In this document: positions 24,086-32,098 of the stretch, piece after piece
Layout of the letters: each line of letters begins with the position of its first letter
Position numbering within the stretch: position 1 is the stretch's first letter
Origin: Candidatus Nanohalarchaeota archaeon
GTDB lineage: Archaea; EX4484-52; B79-G9
DNA: 38,156 nucleotides
Direction: 5' to 3'
Assembly (NCBI GenBank): GCA_003660865.1
Contig: QMVA01000002.1
Coordinates: 1 to 38,156, forward strand
Translations under genes and position numbers: made by a program
Notes under the pieces: model-generated
What the model was told of the DNA's origin: nothing
Databases searched by the model: none
The model's input: the letters and a program-made list of their open reading frames with translations, nothing else

Positions 24086-24889
24086 TTAAACTGCTTTTGA
24101 GATTATTTTTATGTCTTCTTTGAATGATGTCTGTTTTGGGGGTTCGTTGTCGTCTTCGTTGTCTTCTTCGCGGTTGTACGATGGTTCTTTGTTTTTGTGC
24201 TGCCCTAGTTTTTTGTAGATTATTTCGCTGATTGAGGTGAATTTGTTTTTGTCTATCAGGTATATTAGTATTGATGTTATGAGGATGCTTGAGAATATGT
24301 CCCCGACTACGATGTTTGTGAATGCGGGGTCTGTATGTATTACTGCGAGCATGACTGTGGGGGTGAGGCCTTTTGCGCACATGGCTTCGAGGAAGTGCTC
24401 GTCTTTTTCTTCAAGGTCGTGGTTTATTAGTATTCTTACTACGAGGGCTCTTAATATGTATGCGATGAGGAAGAAGCCCAGACCGTACATTAGGTATTTC
24501 CACTGGCTGAAGTCTATGAGGATGTCGATGAGGTAGTGTGATGCTGTCCCGATGAGGAGGGTTATCAGTATGAAGTTGAAGAGTGATGATGCGAATGAGT
24601 ATTTCATTGTGGAGAAGAGGGCTTTTAGTTTTATGGGGAGTGCGTCGTAGAATTCTACGTATATCTGGCTGAAGGTTATTAGGAATGTTATTTGTTCTGT
24701 GTTTTGTGTGAGGTATTCTGTGATGCCGAGGTCTTTTGCAGTGCTGAGATATGATATTATGGCTCCTGCTGAGATTAGTACGAGTACGTCGGGGATTTTG
24801 GTTTTTCTGAAGTTGTACTGGGCGAGGATGCCTAGTTTATTACGCTGCCTATCATGAATAGGCTTGTTGTTGTGTCCAGTTTGTTTCAC
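24086..24889 (-). CDS. membrane protein with cation/H+ exchanger-like N-terminal segment, possibly a truncated remnant
   Basis: KIPDVLVLISAGAIISYL resembles the second helix region of CPA-type antiporters, but only about 5-6 TM are present. The first roughly 17 codons after the GTG start have atypical G/T third positions, and there is no in-frame ATG or SD. Confidence 0.4.
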   Translation of the reverse strand: MKQTGHNNKPIHDRQRNKLGILAQYNFRKTKIPDVLVLISAGAIISYLSTAKDLGITEYLTQNTEQITFLITFSQIYVEFYDALPIKLKALFSTMKYSFASSLFNFILITLLIGTASHYLIDILIDFSQWKYLMYGLGFFLIAYILRALVVRILINHDLEEKDEHFLEAMCAKGLTPTVMLAVIHTDPAFTNIVVGDIFSSILITSILIYLIDKNKFTSISEIIYKKLGQHKNKEPSYNREEDNEDDNEPPKQTSFKEDIKIISKAV

Positions 24890-25023
24890 TTTTGTGTTTT
24901 GTGTTTGTTTTGTATGGTGTGGTTATCATTGTTGTTATCTAAATATGGCTGAGGGGGTTATTATAATTTTTTGTTGGTTGGGTGGTGGTGGGTGGTGTTT
25001 GGAGAAAGGGGTGGTAGTATGAA

Positions 25024-25096
25024 AGCCCGGGGCGAGATTTGAACACGCGATCTCTGCCTTACCAAGGCAACGCTCTACCAGCTGAGCCACCCGGGC
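25024..25096 (-). tRNA. tRNA-Thr(GGU)
   Basis: GCCCGGG-TG-GCTC-AGCTGGTA-GAGC-G-TTGCC-TTGGTAA-GGCAG-AGATC-GCGTG-TTCAAAT-CTCGC-CCCGGGC-T. One U-U mismatch in the T stem. No encoded CCA. Confidence 0.85.
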
Positions 25097-25282
25097 TTTT
25101 TAATATTGATGATGTTTGTAATGTTTAGATAATGTTTATAATTGTTTGTGATGTGGTTGTAATTTGTTGTTTGTAATGTTTGAGGTGTTATTTTTTTAAG
25201 TTTAATGAGGGGTTTGAGTTGTGTGCTTGTGTTTGTATCTTTAGTTATCTTTGGTTTTTAGATATCGTTGTCTTTTTTTCTT

Positions 25283-26113
25283 TTAGAGCAGGGCTGTAAC
25301 AATGAATGAGAACATGATTATTATCATGCTGATTTTTATGAATCGTTGGGATTCCATTGCGTGTTTTGTGTTTATGAGGATTCTTAGGCCTGCGTATGCG
25401 AGGATTATGTCTGCTATGCTTATCATGTAGAGGTAGTTTTGGCCTAGTGTGGCTGTGGGTATTATGCTTAGGAATATTGTGATGATAATTAAGGATGCTG
25501 ATATTATTGATGCTGTCTTGTCGCCGTAGTATGTTGCCAGTGTGATTCTTTTGTATTTTATGCTGTTTTGACTGTCGATGCTGTGCATTATTTTTCTTGC
25601 GGCGCTTGTGAGTGCTATCAGACTTGCGAGTATTACTATTAGTTTTATTATTGCTGTGTTTTGCGGGTTTGTGGAGAATCCACCGAAGATGATTACAGAG
25701 CCGTTGAAGTATCCTTGATATATGGCGCATAGGGGTGATTTTTCTTTGTAGTAGCTGTATATTGTCATGATTATTGTGTTGATTATGAGGATGAATGTGC
25801 AGGCAGGGGTTAAGAAATAATGGGATAGTGCGAGGCTTATTGAGAACAGGAGTGTTGCAAGTGCTATTGCTGATTCTTCTGTTATCTGGTCCTGTGCCAG
25901 TGGGCGTTTTAGTTTCCTTGTTTTGTCTTCTTTTATGTCGAAGTAGTCGTTTATTATTGTGAGGGATGTGAGTGAGATTAGGGCGGTGAGGATTGTGATT
26001 GATGCGTGTGTTAGTTGCGGTAGGTCACCAGTTGCGATTATCTGGATTGCAATTATGAGTGTGAGAACTTTTGTCATCGGGTAAATTCTTGCGAAACCAG
26101 TGACTCTTTTCAT
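25283..26113 (-). CDS. UbiA-family prenyltransferase (size and pattern fit digeranylgeranylglyceryl-phosphate synthase)
   Basis: NDYFDIKEDK (NDxxDxxxD) motif and about 8 TM. Start set at the ATG at 26113, downstream of the L40e stop. The upstream K-rich codons in the track overlap rpl40e. Confidence 0.7.
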   Translation of the reverse strand: MKRVTGFARIYPMTKVLTLIIAIQIIATGDLPQLTHASITILTALISLTSLTIINDYFDIKEDKTRKLKRPLAQDQITEESAIALATLLFSISLALSHYFLTPACTFILIINTIIMTIYSYYKEKSPLCAIYQGYFNGSVIIFGGFSTNPQNTAIIKLIVILASLIALTSAARKIMHSIDSQNSIKYKRITLATYYGDKTASIISASLIIITIFLSIIPTATLGQNYLYMISIADIILAYAGLRILINTKHAMESQRFIKISMIIIMFSFIVTALL

Positions 26114-26133
26114 GTGGTCGCCTGTGAGGGTGA

Positions 26134-26307
26134 TTATTTCGCGCCTGCTTTCATTTGTTTGCTTTTTAGTCTTAGACTTTTTGAGCCGCATTTTCTGCAT
26201 TTGGTTTTTCCGGGTTTGTTTGTTCTTATTTTTGCGTTGCATTTCATGCATACTCTTACGTTTGAGAACATTCTTTGCATTGCTGCTGAATCTTTTGCTT
26301 TTGCCAT
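26134..26307 (-). CDS. rpl40e: 50S ribosomal protein L40e (eL40)
   Basis: VRVCMKCNAKIRTNKPGKTKCRKCGSKSLRLK is the L40e Zn-ribbon. The ATG at 26307 lies 6 nt after AGGTGA. Confidence 0.8.
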   Translation of the reverse strand: MAKAKDSAAMQRMFSNVRVCMKCNAKIRTNKPGKTKCRKCGSKSLRLKSKQMKAGAK

Positions 26308-26341
26308 TTTTTTCACCTGACTTATTCTTCTAAAGTGTTAT

Positions 26342-26908
26342 TTATCTTTGGTTAGTTTTAAATAGATTGTGTTGGTGTTTTTTTTTTGGGATTATGTATT
26401 TTTCCCAGTTGATTTCGCCTGGTGTGTGTTGTTTTTTTGATTCTTTGTTTTTTATTATGTTTATTATTGTGGCTTTCGTCTGTTGTGGTGTGCTTTTTGT
26501 TGTGTCTATCTCGAATACATTTTTGTTGTTTGCTACTGCTTCTTGTAGGATTATGTCTAATGCTTCTGATTCTATGTTTTCTTCTATCTTTTTTTTGGGC
26601 CATTGCCTTTTTTTGAGGCGGGATCTTAGGGTGTCTGGGTTGGTGCGCAGTATTATTGTCAGGTCGCTTTTGCAGTAGTGGGCCAGGTGGCCTTCTATTA
26701 TTGTGTTGTCCTGTATGTTTTTTGATTCTTTTTTTAATTTTTTTTCGTCTATTATCTGTGCTTTGCGGTATGTATCTTTTCCGATTATGAGGTTTTTGTC
26801 TTTTGCGTAGTTGTTTATGTTGATTAGCCTGTAGTTGAGTTTTTTTGCAAGTGTTTTTGAGGTTTGCGTCTTTCCGGTTCCGGGGGTTCCGCTTATGGTT
26901 ATTTTCAT
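26342..26908 (-). CDS. Fap7/AK6-type adenylate kinase-like NTPase
   Basis: MKITISGTPGTGKTQTSKTLAKKL P-loop, EGHLAHY motif, about 188 aa. Start set at 26908 after the UbiB stop (26923). Confidence 0.7.
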   Translation of the reverse strand: MKITISGTPGTGKTQTSKTLAKKLNYRLININNYAKDKNLIIGKDTYRKAQIIDEKKLKKESKNIQDNTIIEGHLAHYCKSDLTIILRTNPDTLRSRLKKRQWPKKKIEENIESEALDIILQEAVANNKNVFEIDTTKSTPQQTKATIINIIKNKESKKQHTPGEINWEKYIIPKKKHQHNLFKTNQR

Positions 26909-26922
26909 GTGGGTCATCCTGG

Positions 26923-28611
26923 TTATATTTTTTTGAATCTTATTATTGAAATGATAAGTCCAAGTCCAAGTACTGCGCTTATTATAAATCCCAATATTCC
27001 AATAATCGGGAATCCGAATAGTAAGTGTCCTTTGTCTGTTTGCATGATTAGTGATGAGCCAATGATTAGTGAGGATATTATCATTGCGAATGATAGTCTG
27101 TTTCCTATCCATTTAAGGTTGTTTGAGAATGTGTCGAGGTTTTTGTGTTCGAATTCTATGTTGATTTTACCTATTGCCAGTCTGTTTATGATTTCTTTCA
27201 GGCTTTTCGGAAGCGTTTTTGCAAGGTGTTCATATTCAAAGGCGTTGTCTTTGATGGATTTTGCTAAGTTTAGCGGACTTATTTTTCTTCTGATTACCTG
27301 CTTTGTATATGGTTTGTATTCTTCAGCGATGTTGAAGTCAGGATCGAGTGTTGTTCCTATACTTTCGATCATGATAATTGCCCGGCTTAGGAGGACAATC
27401 TCGCGAGGTAAAGTTACTTTGTGTTTGACTAGTAGTTTCATTAGTTTGTTTAGTATTTCTCCGAGTTGTATGTTTTTTAGGTCGTTGTCGTAATACATGT
27501 CCATTATGTCTATGGTGTCATATTTGAATGTTCTGATGTCAATTGTTTCGTTTATCAGGCCCATGTTTGTCAGTTGGTTTATTAGTCCGTTTATGTTGTA
27601 GTTTGTGATGTGGATAAATAGTTGTGCGAGGTCGTTCATGGTGTCTTTGTCTATGTGTCCCATCATTCCGAAGTCAATGAAACAGATGACGTTGTCTTTT
27701 AGGATGAAGATGTTTCCCGGGTGTGGGTCTGCGTGAAAGAAGCCGTGTATTAGTACCTGTTTGAAGATGGATTCAGCTCCACGTTTGGCTATCAGTTTTT
27801 TGTCGAAGCGTTTTCGGGATTTTTTTAAGTCTTTGATTTTGGTGCCGTTTATGTATTCCATTGTTAGAATGCGTTTTGTTGAGTATTTGTCATATACTTT
27901 TGGGGCGGTAATGGTTTCGTCGTCTTTGAACATTTTTCTGAATTTTTTTATGTTGGTTTTTTCCTGCTGGTAGTCTATTTCTTTTCTGATTGAGCGTTCA
28001 AATTCGTCAATGATTTGTGGAATGTTGTAATATTTCCAGTGGGGCATGTGTTTTTCGATTAAGTTTGCGAGGTAGCGCATGATTCTTATGTCTTCTTCTG
28101 TTTGTTTCAGAATGTCTGGTTTTTGTATCTTTATTGCTACTTTGCTGCCGTCTTTTAGGGTTGCTTTGTGGACCTGGCCGATTGATGCTGATGCTAATGA
28201 CTGTTTGTCGAATTCAGAGAAGTAGTAGTTTATGCGATGGCCTAGTTCGTGTTCTATTGTTGACTTTATGATGTCATAGGATACTGTGGGGGTTATGTCC
28301 TGTAGTTTTGAAAATTCTTTTGCATATTCTTCGCCGATTAAGTCTTCTCTTGTGCTTAGTATCTGGCCGAACTTGATGAATGTGGGTCCCAGTTCTTCCA
28401 GGACTAATCTTGCTCTTTCGGGAGTTGTTGCGTCTGGCTCTTCACTGGGTTTGTAGTGGAGGTATCTTTTTGTGAATGGGAGTTTGTCTTTTAGCTTTAT
28501 GTGCTCGATTATGTGGTTGAAGCCATGTTTTGTCGAGATTTTTACGATTTCCCTGATTCTTTGGAGATATTGTTTGTTCTGATATATTGCGGCAGGATTC
28601 ATATTTTTCAC
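26923..28611 (-). CDS. UbiB/ABC1 (AarF) family atypical kinase with C-terminal TM helices
   Basis: LGPTFIKFGQILSTREDL, ASASIGQVHKATLKDGSKVAIKIQKP, FFHADPHPGNIF, IDFGMMG. Confidence 0.88.
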   Translation of the reverse strand: MKNMNPAAIYQNKQYLQRIREIVKISTKHGFNHIIEHIKLKDKLPFTKRYLHYKPSEEPDATTPERARLVLEELGPTFIKFGQILSTREDLIGEEYAKEFSKLQDITPTVSYDIIKSTIEHELGHRINYYFSEFDKQSLASASIGQVHKATLKDGSKVAIKIQKPDILKQTEEDIRIMRYLANLIEKHMPHWKYYNIPQIIDEFERSIRKEIDYQQEKTNIKKFRKMFKDDETITAPKVYDKYSTKRILTMEYINGTKIKDLKKSRKRFDKKLIAKRGAESIFKQVLIHGFFHADPHPGNIFILKDNVICFIDFGMMGHIDKDTMNDLAQLFIHITNYNINGLINQLTNMGLINETIDIRTFKYDTIDIMDMYYDNDLKNIQLGEILNKLMKLLVKHKVTLPREIVLLSRAIIMIESIGTTLDPDFNIAEEYKPYTKQVIRRKISPLNLAKSIKDNAFEYEHLAKTLPKSLKEIINRLAIGKINIEFEHKNLDTFSNNLKWIGNRLSFAMIISSLIIGSSLIMQTDKGHLLFGFPIIGILGFIISAVLGLGLIISIIRFKKI

Positions 28612-28694
28612 TGATGGTTGTTTTTATTGCGTTGATGTTTATGATGGTTTTCTATTTATAATGTCTTTGTTTTGTTATTTTATGTTGTTTTGTG

Positions 28695-28886
28695 CTAATT
28701 TGTGAATCCTGATAGCAGGTTTTTTATGTTTTCGCCTATTTGTCCTATGATTGTCAAGATGTTGTTTTCGGTGTCTGTGGTTGTTGTGTACATGAGGGTT
28801 ATGACTGCGAGGGCTGTTGCTAATGCTACTACGATTGTGATTATTATCCATATTGATTGTTCCATTCCTTTTTTTATCTGCTTCAC
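28695..28886 (-). CDS. small membrane protein, possible archaeal type IV pilin-like (class III signal peptide)
   Basis: MKQIKKG-MEQSIWIIITIVVALATALAVI has a basic N-terminus, a Gly, then one long hydrophobic helix. Its ATG overlaps the upstream stop (ATGA at 28883-28886). Confidence 0.4.
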   Translation of the reverse strand: MKQIKKGMEQSIWIIITIVVALATALAVITLMYTTTTDTENNILTIIGQIGENIKNLLSGFTN

Positions 28887-31021
28887 CCTGTGATTTTCTG
28901 GATGAGTTGTTTTATGAATGATATAATCTTTTCTATTATGGTTTGTTCTTTTATTGTGATTGTTTCTGTTTTTGTGTATTTGTTGCCTGCGAGGTCTGTG
29001 TAGTTGATTGTTGCTGTGTGGGTTCCTATTGGCAGTTCGAAGTCAAGGGTTGATTTTTTTTTTGGTTCTGTTATTTTTTTTGTGATTTTGTTGAGGGTGA
29101 TTGTTATTTCTTTTGCTGTGTCTTTTTTTGTCTCGATTGCCACGGTTGCTGTGGTTGTGTCATAGTGGTATTTGTGTGTTATTTCTATTTGTGGTTTCTC
29201 GTAGATGCGGATGTTTCTTGTTGTTTTTGAGTCTATGTTTTGGCCTGTGAGGTGGAATGATATTTTTTTGTCGCCGATTGTGGAGGATGATATTGTTGTT
29301 TTTATTGTCTTTTCTTTTTCTATTTTTGTTGAGATGATGTCTTCTTTGTCTTCGAAGGTTTGTGTGAATTTGATTGTCTGTGATGTTGTGCGGTTGTTTT
29401 TGATGTGGGTTGTTACTGGTATTTCCTCGTTTGTTTTTGCGTATCGGGGTGTTTCTATTTTGTTGATGTAGATGTCTTTTGTTTCGCCTACGTTGTATTT
29501 TAGTGTTTTTACCTGGCCGGTTGATGAGTATATTATTATTTCGTGTTTGCCGGGCTGGTCTGGTGTGAATGTGTGTGTGAGTTTATCGGTTTCGCCTGGT
29601 TTTAGTGTGAATGTTTTTTCTATATGTTCGTTTTCATGTATTATGCCGATTGTTATGGGGTTTGTCCCTTGTGTTTTTTCTATGTTTATTTTTATTGTTT
29701 GGGTTTCTGCGAGGGTGAGGTCTTTTTTGTCTATCTTTGCGTCAATTGTGATTTGGTCGGTTTTTCGGGTTGTTAGTGTGTTTATGGTGAGGTTGATTGA
29801 TCTTGTTGTGAGGAGGCGGGAGTTGAGTGTGAGGGGGCATGTGTATTGTGTATTTTTTTTGAGGTTTTCGCTTATTTTTATTTTCCAGTATGCTGTTTTT
29901 TGTTTGTCTGGTTCAAGCATGATGCTTTTTTCTTTTTCGTCTATTTCTACTATTGGTGTGGGGCTGATGCAGGGTTCAAGGTCGAGTTTGATTACTTTGT
30001 ATTCTTTGGGTGTGAATTTCAGGAGTATTATTGCTTCTTCGCCCATTTCGAGTTTGTCTGAGCTTTTTAGTAGTTGGTAGTCTTTTTGTTTTTGTTTTTC
30101 GCTGATGGCGAGTATCTCGATTTCTGTTTCGTCTTCTGCCCAGGTCATTTCGCCGATTTTTGTGCCGTAGGCCTGTATTTCGTTTTTTACGATGTTGTCT
30201 TCTTTGGTGGCGAGCTGGATGTGGGTTGCGTCGAGGTTGCCGACTTCATTCCAGGTGGGGTCGACGGGAATCCATCTGCCGATGTAGACGTCTGCGAAGG
30301 CGTGTTTTTCCCAGCCGTCTTTGCCGTAGGCGTGGCCGGAGATGTAGCGGGTGGGGTAGCCGGATGCGCGCGCGAGGGCTATGAAGAGGCTTGAGAATTC
30401 GTCGCATGTTCCGACTTTGTTTTTTAGTGTCCATAGGGCGTCTTTTGATTCGGTGCCGAGGCTGAGTTTGTATTCGATGTTTTCGTGGACCCATGTGGCT
30501 AGTTTTGCGATGCGTTCGAAGTCGGTTTTGGAGTCTTTTGTGAGTTCTTTTGCGAGTGCTTTTATTTCAGGGGCGGTGCTTTGGATGTTTTTTGCAGGTT
30601 TGAGGTATATTTTGATGTTGTCGGGTATTGTGTAGGTTTCGGGGATGTGGAGGGTGCGGCGCTCTTTGATTGTGACTATGCTTTCTGCACTGTAGGTTAT
30701 TATGTTTCTGGGGTTGTCTTTTTTTATTGTGAGGATGTTGTTTCCGAGTTTGTCTTGCGTGTATTTTTCGGTTGTTGTGAGTTCTTGGTTTGTGTTGTCT
30801 TTTGGGAATGTGAGGTTGATTTTTACCCATTCGAGTTTGCCTTCAGGGATGAGGATTTTGCCGTGCTGGGTTATTTTTACTGTCAGTTCTTCGATGTTTG
30901 CAGGGTCTTTTATTTCCTGGGTGATTGAGAGTGCGGGGTGGCTCAGAAGGAGGAGTGTTATTAGTATTGTTGTTAGTATGGATATGGCTGGTTTTGTTGG
31001 TTTTTTGAGGAAGGGGGGCAT
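28883..31021 (-). CDS. secreted/membrane-anchored transglutaminase-like protein with a long beta-rich (CARDB-like) C-terminal region
   Basis: N-terminal hydrophobic signal/anchor. Transglutaminase core GTCDEFSSLFIALARASGYPTRYISGH...HAFADVY...WIPVDPT (Cys-His-Asp). ATG at 31021; an alternative GTG is at 31039. Confidence 0.8.
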   Translation of the reverse strand: MPPFLKKPTKPAISILTTILITLLLLSHPALSITQEIKDPANIEELTVKITQHGKILIPEGKLEWVKINLTFPKDNTNQELTTTEKYTQDKLGNNILTIKKDNPRNIITYSAESIVTIKERRTLHIPETYTIPDNIKIYLKPAKNIQSTAPEIKALAKELTKDSKTDFERIAKLATWVHENIEYKLSLGTESKDALWTLKNKVGTCDEFSSLFIALARASGYPTRYISGHAYGKDGWEKHAFADVYIGRWIPVDPTWNEVGNLDATHIQLATKEDNIVKNEIQAYGTKIGEMTWAEDETEIEILAISEKQKQKDYQLLKSSDKLEMGEEAIILLKFTPKEYKVIKLDLEPCISPTPIVEIDEKEKSIMLEPDKQKTAYWKIKISENLKKNTQYTCPLTLNSRLLTTRSINLTINTLTTRKTDQITIDAKIDKKDLTLAETQTIKINIEKTQGTNPITIGIIHENEHIEKTFTLKPGETDKLTHTFTPDQPGKHEIIIYSSTGQVKTLKYNVGETKDIYINKIETPRYAKTNEEIPVTTHIKNNRTTSQTIKFTQTFEDKEDIISTKIEKEKTIKTTISSSTIGDKKISFHLTGQNIDSKTTRNIRIYEKPQIEITHKYHYDTTTATVAIETKKDTAKEITITLNKITKKITEPKKKSTLDFELPIGTHTATINYTDLAGNKYTKTETITIKEQTIIEKIISFIKQLIQKITG

Positions 31022-31111
31022 AGAATTTATTGGGCGCACGGGGTTAATATAGTTTTTATAGTTTTTGTGGTGTTTTATGTTTTGGTTTTTGTGTCAAGTA
31101 TTTGCGGTTAG

Positions 31112-31121
31112 TTTTATATTA
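31112..31121 (+). promoter_or_regulatory. TATA box (TTTTATATTA) for rfcS
   Basis: Centre lies about 27 nt upstream of the ATG at 31144, implying a leaderless mRNA. Confidence 0.45.
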
Positions 31122-31143
31122 TTTGGAGGGTATAGTGTTGGTT

Positions 31144-32091
31144 ATGATTGAGATTTGGACTGAGAAGTATCGGCCGAAGACGCTTTCTGAGGTTGTGGGG
31201 CATGAGGCGATTGTTGAGCGCCTGAAGGCTTTTATCAAGGCGAAGTCGGTTCCTAATATGCTTTTTGCAGGTACTGCGGGGGTGGGGAAGACTACTTGCG
31301 CTATTGCGCTTGCGAAGGAGTTGTATGGGGATTCATGGTCGAGGAATTTTATGGAGACTAATGCGTCTGATGAGCGTGGCATCCTGGTGGTTAGGTCGAA
31401 GATTAAGGATTTTGCGCGTATCAAACCGCTTGGGGCGGAGTTTAAGATTATTTTTCTTGATGAGAGTGATGCTTTGACTACTGAGGCGCAGCAGGCGCTT
31501 CGCAGGACTATGGAAAAGTATACGCATTCGACGCGCTTTATTTTGTCGTGCAATTATTCTTCGAAACTTATTGCGCCGATCCAGAGCCGGTGTGCTGTTT
31601 TCAGGTTCGGGCCGGGGAGTGATGAGGCGATTTCGAGATATGTTCGGAGGGTTGCCAAGGCTGAGGGGCTTGATGTTACTAAGGATGGGATGGCTGCGGT
31701 TGTTGCTGTGTCTCTCGGTGATTTCAGGAAGGCTACTAATGTGCTTCAGTCGGTTTCTATTCTTTCGAAGAAGGTTGATGAGAAGTCTGTGTATGAGGTT
31801 GCGGCTACTTTGCATCCAAAGGAGGTCAAGGAGGTGCTTAATCTTGCGCTTAGCGGTAAGTTTCTGGATTCCAGAAAGAGGCTGTATGATTTGATGATCA
31901 ATCGCGGGCTTTCGGGGCTTGATGTGATTCGCGCGATTCATCGTGAGATTCTTTCTGTTGATGTGGATGACAGGTGTAAGGCGCGCCTGATTGATAAGCT
32001 TGGGGAGTATGAGTTTCGGATTGTCGAGGGCGGGCAGGAGGATTTGCAGATTGAGGCTTTTTTGGCGCAGTTGGTTGCGTTGAAGGGTTGA
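31144..32091 (+). CDS. rfcS: replication factor C small subunit
   Basis: WTEKYRPKTLSEVVGHE, FAGTAGVGKTT, IIFLDESDALT, SRC motif (IQSRCAVFRF). No intein. Confidence 0.93.
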   Translation: MIEIWTEKYRPKTLSEVVGHEAIVERLKAFIKAKSVPNMLFAGTAGVGKTTCAIALAKELYGDSWSRNFMETNASDERGILVVRSKIKDFARIKPLGAEFKIIFLDESDALTTEAQQALRRTMEKYTHSTRFILSCNYSSKLIAPIQSRCAVFRFGPGSDEAISRYVRRVAKAEGLDVTKDGMAAVVAVSLGDFRKATNVLQSVSILSKKVDEKSVYEVAATLHPKEVKEVLNLALSGKFLDSRKRLYDLMINRGLSGLDVIRAIHREILSVDVDDRCKARLIDKLGEYEFRIVEGGQEDLQIEAFLAQLVALKG

Positions 32092-32098
32092 TTTTTTC

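Noticed and set aside
24975-25020. A G-rich tract (GGTTGGGTGGTGGTGGGTGGTG...GGGGTGGT) as a G-quadruplex regulatory element next to tRNA-Thr.
   Set aside because: G- and T-richness of the plus strand makes such runs expected by composition. Most runs are only GG, and nothing else marks the site.
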